64,000 bases of DNA from Gemmatimonadota bacterium (lineage in GTDB: Bacteria; Gemmatimonadota; Gemmatimonadetes; Palauibacterales; KS3-K002): positions 1,668,611 to 1,732,610 of the forward strand of contig CP070722.1 in assembly GCA_020350785.1 (NCBI GenBank), written 5' to 3'. A model generated the notes under the pieces. The model ran no database searches. It saw nothing but the letters and a program-made list of their open reading frames with translations, and was not told where the DNA came from. Shown here in pieces: positions 1 through 8,203 of the stretch (its first letter is position 1; every line of letters begins with the position of its first letter). Made by a program: the position numbers and the translations under genes.

Positions 1-1
1 A

Positions 2-1951
2 GAACGTGCGCCGTCACCGGGTGCCGATGGGCAGCAGTCGCTCGCACACTATTCTTTGGGAATCGCGTTCAGGGCACGCGGATTCTACGGAGAGGCGCGT
101 CAAGAGTTCGAGCGTGGCCGCGCGGTCGGCGAGGAAGTGGATCTAATAGATCAGGCCGAGGCTGAGCTTGCGCTGCTCGATAGTGATGCGCAGGTAGCAC
201 TGGCGCGATACGATGCGCTTCTTGCACGCTCCGGCGGTAACTGCAAGCTGTGGAACGAGCGCGGGGTGACTCTACACTTGCTCGGTCGGTCGGGCGAAGC
301 CGAGGCGAGTTACCGTGAGGCGCTGAAACTCGACGGCGATTACGCCCTGGCCTGGAACAACGTGGGTGTACTGAGCGTGTATTGCGGTGACAGCCGGGGT
401 GCTGAAGAAGCCTTTGGCCGGGCGCTTGGGTGTCGACCGGATCTCGATGACGCGCGCTTCAACCTGGGCTTGCTCCTGGTTGCGACCGGCCGGGCGGACC
501 GTAGTCTGAGGATCTACCGCGAGATTCTCGAATCCGATGGGGGAAGGGCGGAAGCGTGGAACAGGCTGGGGGCAGCGCTGATGGAGCTGGATCGTGTAAG
601 GGAGGCCCGCAACGCGTTCGCGCGTGCCGTCGAGGCGGATCCGAGTCTGGCGTCGGCTCGGTATAACCTCAGCTTCGCTCTGGCGCGGCTGGGCGATCAC
701 GACGGCGCACTGAGGGAAACGAAGCAGGCGCTGGAGCTCGACCCCTACTATACAGCGCCGCGCTATAGGCTGTCGATCGACTTGCAGTACGAAGGCGGGG
801 AAGTCTGGGCGCCGGAGCTGGCGGCGCCTGAACGGTTGGAAGCTAGGGGGCCTGGCGTACGAGAGTTCGAGTTCGATCCGGCTGAACTCGCACAGGTATT
901 CGAAGAACTCGATTCGGTTGAACCGGAGGCTGGAGACAGGCGAGCGGGCGACCTGTTCCGCCTAGCTCGCGACAACCTGGAGAATGGACTTTACGATCGG
1001 GCGCTGTCGGAAGCGGTGCGCGCGCTGCGCGAGGATGGCGACTCTGCGGAGGGGGCGCTGATCATCGCCGAGGTGTACAGGCAGCGCGGGCTCTACGGCG
1101 AGGCACTGGAGCGGTTTGAGGAAGCGCGCTCGATTCGGCCCGGCAATCCGGAGGCGCTTGCGGGTGTCGTGGGTTGCCTGCTGCGGCTGGATCGGGCAGC
1201 GGAGGCCCGCGAGGTGGCCGAGGAACTGCAACCGCTGGCCGCTTCCAGCGTCGGGCACTTGCTTGTTGTGGCAGAGGCGTTGACGAGCACGGGTGAAGCC
1301 AAGCGAGCGATCGAGGTTCTTGGCGTTGCGAGCGAACATGCTCCGCACGATGCGGTCGTGCATCGCCAGATCGCTAAGGCCGCACTGGCGGCCGGGAATC
1401 GACGGCGGGCGCGCGAGGCATATCGGAGGGCTATTGCCGAGGATCCCGATTTCACGGCGGCTCGCGTCGAGTTGGGCCGGATGTTGATGGAGGAAGGGGC
1501 ATACAGCGAAGCGGAGGGCGAGGTCCGTCAGGCATTGGAGCTGGTGCCCGCCTATGCCGAAGCCAACTTCGTGCTCGCCGAGGTCCTCAGCCGGCAGGGT
1601 AAGACACGCGAGATCATCAATCTGCTGGCGGGTTTCTTGGAGGCCGAACCATTCAACCTTGACGCTTTGATGCTGCTCGGGGAAGCGCTAGGCAGAGAGG
1701 GGCGACGCAGGGAGGCGGAGCAGGCGCTGCGGATGCTGCTGCGATTCGATCCGGAGCGGCCGGCCGCTCTGTTCCGCCTCGGCGAGTTGGCATCGGAGTC
1801 GGGCCGTCACGAGGAAGCTCTTGGTTGCTGGCGGAGGCTCGTCGACCTCGACCCGGAAGGCGAGTACGCCACGCGGGCCAGACTAAAGGCACGAGCAGCC
1901 CGACGACTGGGCGGCGGCTTCGACGAGTTTACCGCAGGGAGTGGCGCCTGA
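2..1951 (+). CDS. TPR-repeat protein. The ORF is open to the window edge, so the 5' end is probably partial; the first in-window start is TTG at 56.
   Basis: Translation is rich in TPR-like helical repeats (recurring A/L/G/Y/E heptads, many 'EA...L..DP' units). There is no in-frame stop upstream of position 56, and the N-terminus reads like the middle of a repeat. The stop overlaps the start of the next gene (ATGA). Confidence 0.6.
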   Translation, partial: ERAPSPGADGQQSLAHYSLGIAFRARGFYGEARQEFERGRAVGEEVDLIDQAEAELALLDSDAQVALARYDALLARSGGNCKLWNERGVTLHLLGRSGEAEASYREALKLDGDYALAWNNVGVLSVYCGDSRGAEEAFGRALGCRPDLDDARFNLGLLLVATGRADRSLRIYREILESDGGRAEAWNRLGAALMELDRVREARNAFARAVEADPSLASARYNLSFALARLGDHDGALRETKQALELDPYYTAPRYRLSIDLQYEGGEVWAPELAAPERLEARGPGVREFEFDPAELAQVFEELDSVEPEAGDRRAGDLFRLARDNLENGLYDRALSEAVRALREDGDSAEGALIIAEVYRQRGLYGEALERFEEARSIRPGNPEALAGVVGCLLRLDRAAEAREVAEELQPLAASSVGHLLVVAEALTSTGEAKRAIEVLGVASEHAPHDAVVHRQIAKAALAAGNRRRAREAYRRAIAEDPDFTAARVELGRMLMEEGAYSEAEGEVRQALELVPAYAEANFVLAEVLSRQGKTREIINLLAGFLEAEPFNLDALMLLGEALGREGRRREAEQALRMLLRFDPERPAALFRLGELASESGRHEEALGCWRRLVDLDPEGEYATRARLKARAARRLGGGFDEFTAGSGA

Positions 1952-3084
1952 TGCCGATCGAGGGGACACTGCGCGAGTTCGCCCTGCCCGACATCTTTCA
2001 ATTGCTAAATATGTCACGCAAGTCGGGGGAGCTGGGTATCGTGCAGTCGCCGTCGGGTGTACGCGGAGCAGTGCTGTTCAGCGATGGAGCAGTGATAGAT
2101 GCTCGGTTGGCCGACACGCCCTCACGTTTGGCGTACATGCTTCTGAACGCCGGTAAGATCAGCGAGGCGGAACTACGCAAGGCGGAGCGAACGCACGCTA
2201 AGAACCCTGCACAAAGTTGGAAGGAGATATTCCGAGGATTGGGATCGGTTGCCACGGAAGACTTGGATGAATACGCCAGGTTCGAGGTTGAGGAGCATAT
2301 CTACGAGATCCTCGACTGGCGCGATGGCCATTTCGTTTTCAGCGAGCGATCGATCGCGAATTCAGAGCGCGTTACATTCATTCCGGTCGAGTCGCTGCTG
2401 ATGGAGGGGGCACGGCGTGCAGATGAGCTTTCCGCCCTTGGCGCCTCGCTCGAAGGTTCGGCGGCGATTCCCAGATTGGCAGAGCAGGCGGCGACGGACA
2501 CAGGCGTGATCGACTTGTCGCCTGAAGAGTGGGAGATCTTGGGTCGAGTCGATGGGGTGGCCAACGTGAGGACGCTCTCCTGGACGCTGGGTCGGAGCGA
2601 ATTCGAGGTGAGTAAGGCCATCTCGAGCTTGGTCGCCAAAGGCATCTTGGAGTTCGGCTCGCGTCGGGAAGCGATCGCTCCCGAGCGACAGGAAGACGTA
2701 CTCGGTCAAGCGGCAGAGCTGATCGAGCGAGACGAGATGCAGGCGGCGAGAGTTCGGATCGATTCCGCGCCGAAGAGAGGGCAAGATGAGCCTCGTGCGC
2801 AATACCTAGCAGCGCTCGTGTTGGAGCGGGAGGGCGATTTGCGCGGAGCGGAGCGAGGCTACGAGGGGATTCTAAGACTCGATCCATTAGCGCACGAGGC
2901 CCGGAAGCGTCTGGGCCTGGTGCGCCTCAAGCTGGGTGACATAGCTGGTGCCGCGCGGTCGTGGGAGTTCTGTCTCCAGGCCGCCTCCGACGCCGCCGAG
3001 CGCGAGCGGTTTGAGCGGGGGTTGAGAGCGCTGCGTGAGCTACAAGCTCTAATCCATGAGATCGATGACCGGGAAAACTCGTAG
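1948..3084 (+). CDS. DUF4388 (PATAN-like) domain protein with C-terminal TPR repeats
   Basis: The N-terminus MPIEGTLREFALPDIFQLLNMSRKSGELGI...VLFSDGAVIDA is the characteristic DUF4388/PATAN signature. The C-terminal third is TPR-like. The ATG overlaps the upstream stop (ctgATGcc), indicating translational coupling. Confidence 0.7.
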   Translation: MMPIEGTLREFALPDIFQLLNMSRKSGELGIVQSPSGVRGAVLFSDGAVIDARLADTPSRLAYMLLNAGKISEAELRKAERTHAKNPAQSWKEIFRGLGSVATEDLDEYARFEVEEHIYEILDWRDGHFVFSERSIANSERVTFIPVESLLMEGARRADELSALGASLEGSAAIPRLAEQAATDTGVIDLSPEEWEILGRVDGVANVRTLSWTLGRSEFEVSKAISSLVAKGILEFGSRREAIAPERQEDVLGQAAELIERDEMQAARVRIDSAPKRGQDEPRAQYLAALVLEREGDLRGAERGYEGILRLDPLAHEARKRLGLVRLKLGDIAGAARSWEFCLQAASDAAERERFERGLRALRELQALIHEIDDRENS

Positions 3085-3880
3085 GTCGTTGCAGGAGTTG
3101 AGCGCTGAAGTCGCAACGAACCCGGGTTCCACTGCGTTCGTGGAGCTTGCCGAGGCCTACCGTGAGCGGGGCGACACGGAACGGGCGTTGCGGCTGTGCC
3201 TGCGAGGGCTGCAACGGCACCCGACCCACGCGGCGGCGCACTACGAGCTCGGACGCATTTACGAGGCGCGGAGTGAGCGGGAGCTGGCGTTGGATGAGTT
3301 TGGAATCGTTCGCCAGCTGGCGCCCGATCATCTGCCGGGCCGTCTCGCGATCGCACGGCTCTACCTCGAGGAAGGTCGGCTCGAGGATGCCGAGCGCGAG
3401 TTGAACCGAGCGGGCCGCCTCGGGGAGAGGGAGCCTGCGATCGCCGCGCTGCGGAAAGAGCTCGCAGCTGCTCGCGCCGAGGAGGAGCTGATCCGAGCTT
3501 CAGCGCCCGAGCCGGAGCGCAGGTCGCTTGCGACGCTGGCGGAGGAGCATCCGGGAACACTCGGCATCCTACTGGTGGATGGCGATGGTCAGCTGATTGA
3601 CGGGGAGATGAAGGCCGGGGAATTCGAGTCAGGGCGCATGCTGGCTGTAACGCTGAGTGGCGCGCGCAAGGAGTCTGAGCGGGTCGCGAGCCATCTCCAG
3701 TTGGGAAAGCTGAAGCGGATCGTGATTGAGAGTCCGGAGATTCGACTGACGGTGTCGCCTGCGACGCGGGGCTTTGTGGTGGTCGCCGCGCGCGGTGACT
3801 CTCCGCCTGGACAAGCGGAGCTGCTGTTGCGCCGTGCGCGGGAGCTGAGCGACCGAGAGACGCCGGAGGCGACGGGTTGA
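3056..3880 (+). CDS. TPR + Roadblock/LC7 (MglB-like) fusion protein
   Basis: There are N-terminal TPR repeats. The C-terminal region GTLGILLVDGDGQLIDGEM...GRMLAVTLSG...LKRIVIESPEIRLTV fits the Roadblock/LC7 fold pattern. The gene overlaps the upstream gene's end and its stop overlaps the next start. Confidence 0.6.
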   Translation: MRSMTGKTRRSLQELSAEVATNPGSTAFVELAEAYRERGDTERALRLCLRGLQRHPTHAAAHYELGRIYEARSERELALDEFGIVRQLAPDHLPGRLAIARLYLEEGRLEDAERELNRAGRLGEREPAIAALRKELAAARAEEELIRASAPEPERRSLATLAEEHPGTLGILLVDGDGQLIDGEMKAGEFESGRMLAVTLSGARKESERVASHLQLGKLKRIVIESPEIRLTVSPATRGFVVVAARGDSPPGQAELLLRRARELSDRETPEATG

Positions 3881-4233
3881 AGACGGTCTACGCCGATCTA
3901 TTGAGGGAGATCATGCGCATGCCCGGCGTGCGAGGAGCGATCGTCGTCGCTGTGCGGGACGGGTTGGTCGTAGATGGACGTGTTCATGTTGGAATACGAA
4001 GTGATGCTGTCGCTGCGCTTGCGGCATCGCTCTTTCAGCGAGCGCTCCGCTCGACGGAGACAGGTAGGGAAGAGAGGCGGTTTGTCGAACTGGAGGCCGA
4101 CCGCGGCCGCATCATGATGGCGGGGGAAGGTGAGTTGGCCTTAATGGCCATACTTGAGCCCAGAGCCAACGCGGGTCAGGCGCGTTTGGCGATTCAGCGA
4201 GCGGCAACGGCGCTTGCGGGAGGCGGGGGGTAG
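3877..4233 (+). CDS. Roadblock/LC7 domain protein (MglB-like)
   Basis: 118 aa. The sequence MKTVYADLLREIMRMPGVRGAIVVAVRDGLVVDG...AALAASL...LEADRGRIMMAG is the canonical Roadblock/LC7 pattern. The start overlaps the upstream stop (GTTGA). Confidence 0.7.
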   Translation: MKTVYADLLREIMRMPGVRGAIVVAVRDGLVVDGRVHVGIRSDAVAALAASLFQRALRSTETGREERRFVELEADRGRIMMAGEGELALMAILEPRANAGQARLAIQRAATALAGGGG

Positions 4234-4239
4234 CGCTGG

Positions 4240-4728
4240 ATGCGGGGTCTCAAGCTGCGGCAGATCCAGGACACCTTTTCCGAACCGCTACAGGGATTCG
4301 TGCGTGATTCCGGGGTCAGGTCGTCAGTGTTGATCAACCGCAGTGGGCAGGTGCTCGCGCAACACGGTTTCGACAAGGTATTCGATCTCGTGGGTGTCGC
4401 TTCTCTTGCTGCCGGTATCAACGCGTCGAGCCGAGCGCTGGCCAGGCAGTTGGGGGAGGATGAGTTTGAGCACCTGCATCATGCTGGACGGTCTCGTCAG
4501 CTGTTCCTCGGACACTTCGAGGCGGCTGGGGGTCAGCTCATGCTTGTAGCCGTGTTCGATGAGCGCTCCTCGATCGGCCTGGTGCGTCTGTTCTTCGAGC
4601 AATTCGTTGCCAACCTGCGCGAGTTGCCCGAAATGCAGATTGTGCGGCCGGCGGAGAATGCGAGGGATTTCGAGGCTGATCTGGAGTCGAGCCTCGATCG
4701 ATTTTTCAGGGATCTGATAGGCGGTTGA
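4240..4728 (+). CDS. Roadblock/LC7-like protein (third paralog, divergent)
   Basis: 162 aa. The sequence VRDSGVRSSVLINRSGQVLAQHGFD...VGVASLAAGINASSRALARQLGE...LMLVAVFDERSSIGLVRLFFEQF matches the Roadblock topology. The stop is 1 nt before the mglA ATG. Confidence 0.5.
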   Translation: MRGLKLRQIQDTFSEPLQGFVRDSGVRSSVLINRSGQVLAQHGFDKVFDLVGVASLAAGINASSRALARQLGEDEFEHLHHAGRSRQLFLGHFEAAGGQLMLVAVFDERSSIGLVRLFFEQFVANLRELPEMQIVRPAENARDFEADLESSLDRFFRDLIGG

Positions 4729-4729
4729 T

Positions 4730-5368
4730 ATGTCGCTGGTGAACTACGCGACGCGGGAGATCACCTGCAAGATCGTCTACTACGGCCCGGGGCGGTCGGG
4801 CAAGACGACGAATTTGCAGTACGTATACAGCCGTGTGCCATGGAACCGGAAAGGCGAGATGGTTTCGTTGGCGACCGACTCGGACCGCACGCTTTTCTTC
4901 GATTTTCTGCCCTTGGAGTTGGGTCGGATATCCGGGTTCACGACGCGTTTTCAGCTGTACACGGTGCCGGGACAGGTTTACTACAACGCGACGCGCAAGC
5001 TAGTACTCCAGGGAGCTGACGGGGTAGTATTCGTAGCCGACAGTCAGCGATCACAGTTCGCTGAAGATATCGAGTCGTTCCGTAATCTTCAGGAGAATCT
5101 GTTGGAGCATGGCATCGACATCCGCGAGATCCCGGTCGTGATTCAATACAACAAACGGGACCTGCCCAACACATTCAGCGTCGCATACTTGGAGGAGGAG
5201 CTTAACTTCCGCAATGTGCCCAGTTTTCCGGCCGCCGCACTCCACGGGAAAGGGGTGTTCGACACGCTCCGATCGGTCAGCGAGGGGGTGTTGAGAAAAC
5301 TGGCCAGGAAGCTCAATGGCTCGACGGATGCGATCACACCAGAGGTTGACCGTGCCGGTAAACGTTGA
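4730..5368 (+). CDS. mglA: Ras-like polarity GTPase MglA
   Basis: Near-colinear match to my memory of Myxococcus MglA: CKIVYYGPGRSGKTTNLQYVY (P-loop), DSDRTLFFDFLPLELG (intrinsic Arg), YTVPGQVYY (switch II Gln), VIQYNKRDLP (G4 NKxD). Length is 212 aa. Confidence 0.9.
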   Translation: MSLVNYATREITCKIVYYGPGRSGKTTNLQYVYSRVPWNRKGEMVSLATDSDRTLFFDFLPLELGRISGFTTRFQLYTVPGQVYYNATRKLVLQGADGVVFVADSQRSQFAEDIESFRNLQENLLEHGIDIREIPVVIQYNKRDLPNTFSVAYLEEELNFRNVPSFPAAALHGKGVFDTLRSVSEGVLRKLARKLNGSTDAITPEVDRAGKR

Positions 5369-5375
5369 CCCACGG

Positions 5376-6536
5376 ATGACCTTCTTTTCCTTTGTGGTCG
5401 GTCCGGAGAATCGGCTTGCCTGGGAGGCGGCGCGCACGGCGGCTGAATCACCAGGATCTGCCTACAATCCACTCTTCATTTACAGCCATACCGGGCTGGG
5501 CAAGACGCACCTGCTGGTGGCCATCGCTAACCGAGCCAGCGAGCTTCAGCCCGACATTGCAGTTGTTTATACGCCGGTCGAGCAACTATTGCGGGAGCTG
5601 GGTTCAGAATCGGGCGTAGAGGCAACCTACCACGGCGCCGAGATTCTACTCATTGATGATCTTCAATTCATCGGCCACCACAGCGACGACCACCGGGTCC
5701 TTTTCTCCTTACTCGATGACCTGTTGATGAGAGGCAGGCAGGTGGCGCTTGCCTGCGATCGGCCGCCTCTGGAGTTGGGAGAACTGGATGATCGGCTACT
5801 CTCGAGGTTCAGCGGTGGGCTGGTTGTCGATATCGGCCGCCCGGTGCTCGAGACGCGCAAGGCTATACTGGAAGCTCGTCTGGCTGCCGCCGATCTGAGA
5901 CTGCAACCTGAGGTCGTTGATGCGATCGCGCGCTTGGCGTCAGAGAACGTTCGGCAACTCAACGGTGCGCTCAATCGAGTCCTCGCGGCTCAAGAAGTGG
6001 AAGGGCGCGAAGTCCGACCGGATGAGGTGGATGGCCTACTGGTCGAACTCGTGGGCGATGCCGACCTTCCCTGGCTGGCGGACGGTCGCCGCGGCGACGA
6101 GAGCGAGTTCCAGAGTTTCTTGACCGACGTGTCCTCTGCTGTCGAGCGAGCTCTGACGACCCCGAAGTGGCATGAAGATGTGGCGCGAGCGATCCTCAAG
6201 TGGGAGGCGGAAGGCTACTCGACTCGGCGCTTGGAACAGTTGCTGGAGGACGAGAAGCCGGTCGATTCCGAGCACGAGGTCGCGGCCTACGAACAGGATA
6301 TCGAAACTCTCAGGGGTCTGCAGCGCGACTTTGACCAGTTGCAGGTCCAGGTGCCGAAAGATCTGTCTTTCAAAGATCCGGCTGCGATCCCCCAGCTGCG
6401 AGCGTTGTTGGAACGGTTGCGCCGCACCGCCCTCGCCGTGGACGACTACTTCCTTGACCCGGAGAAGGTCATCTGGGACTGGCCTGTGTTCGATCAGAAG
6501 TTCATGGAGAGCTGGGACGATGGCGATCAAAGGTAG
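5376..6536 (+). CDS. DnaA-like AAA+ ATPase paralog (DnaA domain III only; the domain IV HTH appears absent and is replaced by an acidic C-terminal domain)
   Basis: Motifs seen: FSFVVGPENRLAWEAA...NPLFIYSHTGLGKTHLL (DnaA box VII/Walker A), LLIDDLQF (Walker B), LACDRPP (sensor I), SRFSGGLVVDIGRPVLETRKAIL, and NVRQLNGALNRV (sensor II). The C-terminal ~150 aa has no DnaA signature (HTH/DNA-binding) motif. The ATG at 5376 is 8 nt after the mglA stop, and the stop overlaps the next gene. Confidence 0.75.
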   Translation: MTFFSFVVGPENRLAWEAARTAAESPGSAYNPLFIYSHTGLGKTHLLVAIANRASELQPDIAVVYTPVEQLLRELGSESGVEATYHGAEILLIDDLQFIGHHSDDHRVLFSLLDDLLMRGRQVALACDRPPLELGELDDRLLSRFSGGLVVDIGRPVLETRKAILEARLAAADLRLQPEVVDAIARLASENVRQLNGALNRVLAAQEVEGREVRPDEVDGLLVELVGDADLPWLADGRRGDESEFQSFLTDVSSAVERALTTPKWHEDVARAILKWEAEGYSTRRLEQLLEDEKPVDSEHEVAAYEQDIETLRGLQRDFDQLQVQVPKDLSFKDPAAIPQLRALLERLRRTALAVDDYFLDPEKVIWDWPVFDQKFMESWDDGDQR

Positions 6537-8145
6537 CCTGAAAGAGGCAAGCCTTCCCGACGTTCTCCAGCTCCTGGCCATGGGAGGCAAGACTGGCTGT
6601 CTCTCAGTGACGGACCGGCAGAGCTTCGGCTACGTGTATCTGGAAGAGGGTCGGGTCATCTACGCATCGCTGTTTAACCGCCGAGACCGTCTGGGGGACA
6701 TCCTCGTTCGCGAGGGCGTGGTCACGCGCGAGCAAGTCGAAGAAGCCTTGGTTGAGCAGAATCAGAAGAAGGATGGCCGGCGGATCGGCGACATTCTAAA
6801 GGATCGGGGGGAGATCGATCAGGCGGTTCTGGAACGTTATGTGGGGCACCAGGTCGAGGAAGCTGTTTATCAACTATTTGCCTGGAGCCAAGGCACCTTC
6901 TACTTCGAGCCTGCACAATCGCCGGAAGACGAGACCATCCTTGTTTCGATCGATACGGAGAGCCTTCTGCTGGAGGGCGCGCGCCGGGTTGACGAGTGGA
7001 GTCAGATTCAGAAGAAGATCCCGTCGTTCGAGCTGATATACGCTCTCGATCCGGACCGTTCGTTGTCCATATCCTCGCTGGACTTGAGCGCTGAACAACA
7101 GAAGATACTTCCCTATCTCGATGGCAGGCACAGCGCCTGGGAGATAATCGAGCTCACCGCCATGAGCGACTTCGGTCTCGGCAAAGCGCTGTACGGACTG
7201 ATCGCGGCGGGTCTGGTGCGACGCGTGGGCCGGCGCGAACGGCAAGCCGAGCGACCCCAGATACAGGCGCGGGTGCGAGAGCACAAGAACCTGGGGATCG
7301 CCTTCTACAAGACGGGTCTTTACGAGGAGGCTCTGAGGGAGCTGGAGAGGGTACGCGAGTTGGATCTGGATGACTTGGAAGCCGACTTCTGTCTCGCGCT
7401 TGTGGAGCTGCGGCGCGGTAAGCTAGAAGACGCGGGTCAAGCGCTCATGGGGATCAGAAAGCGCGGTGGCAGTTGTGCCGCGCTCTTCAACAATCTAGCT
7501 CTCGTCTACGATGGACTAGGAAGGCGGTCGCAGGCGATGTCGCTAATTGATGAGGGTTTGGCGAGGCACGAAGGCCATCCGAGGCTCGTGCTCACCAAGT
7601 CGATGCTTCTGCTCAAGCTCGGCAACACGGCGGAGGCACGGGAAGCGCTCGACCGGTACTTGGAGAAGGTGGAAGAGCCCGAGCCGCTGTACTACTCGAC
7701 TCGAGCTCTGGCCGAGGCCATGTCGGCCGACATCGCCTCGGCGACCGTGACCGCGTTAGCGGGCTTAGCCAAGCATCCGAATGAGGCAGCACTGAGCAAC
7801 AACGCCGGAGTAATACTGGAAAGGGATGGTGACCTGAGTCGAGCTCGGTCAATGTATCAGAGGGCGCTCGATTTGAATGGTGACTTGCCTCAGGCATCGA
7901 AGAACCTCGGCGACCTGCTCTACCGCGAGGGGGAGTACGATGATGCGGCCCGTGCCTACGAACAGGCCTTGCGGGTGGATCCTCAGCTCGGCGACGACAT
8001 CTACGCGAGACTGGGTAATATCTATTACAAGGCTGGGGGGAGGGAAATAGCGATCGAGATGTGGGAGAAGGCGCTCCAGCTCAACCCGGCCAATGAAGTG
8101 GTGCGAACGAACCTGGAGTTTGTGAAGGGGGCGATTCGTGAGTGA
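6520..8145 (+). CDS. DUF4388 (PATAN-like) domain protein with C-terminal TPR repeats (second paralog)
   Basis: The N-terminus MAIKGSLKEASLPDVLQLLAMGGKTGCLSVTD...VYLEEGRVIYA parallels gene 1948-3084. The remainder is TPR-like. The start overlaps the end of the DnaA-like gene. Confidence 0.7.
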   Translation: MAIKGSLKEASLPDVLQLLAMGGKTGCLSVTDRQSFGYVYLEEGRVIYASLFNRRDRLGDILVREGVVTREQVEEALVEQNQKKDGRRIGDILKDRGEIDQAVLERYVGHQVEEAVYQLFAWSQGTFYFEPAQSPEDETILVSIDTESLLLEGARRVDEWSQIQKKIPSFELIYALDPDRSLSISSLDLSAEQQKILPYLDGRHSAWEIIELTAMSDFGLGKALYGLIAAGLVRRVGRRERQAERPQIQARVREHKNLGIAFYKTGLYEEALRELERVRELDLDDLEADFCLALVELRRGKLEDAGQALMGIRKRGGSCAALFNNLALVYDGLGRRSQAMSLIDEGLARHEGHPRLVLTKSMLLLKLGNTAEAREALDRYLEKVEEPEPLYYSTRALAEAMSADIASATVTALAGLAKHPNEAALSNNAGVILERDGDLSRARSMYQRALDLNGDLPQASKNLGDLLYREGEYDDAARAYEQALRVDPQLGDDIYARLGNIYYKAGGREIAIEMWEKALQLNPANEVVRTNLEFVKGAIRE

Positions 8146-8203
8146 TGCGGCGCTTCGAACGCCGCCACTGGAGATCGACGAAGGACGCAGCTAGTTCTCT
8201 CTC

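Noticed and set aside
8147-8172. GCGGCG-cttcgaa-CGCCGC hairpin after the MglA-operon stop as a terminator
   Set aside because: It is a 6-bp stem with no U-tract, which is weak. It is mentioned only as a possible U-less terminator typical of high-GC genomes.
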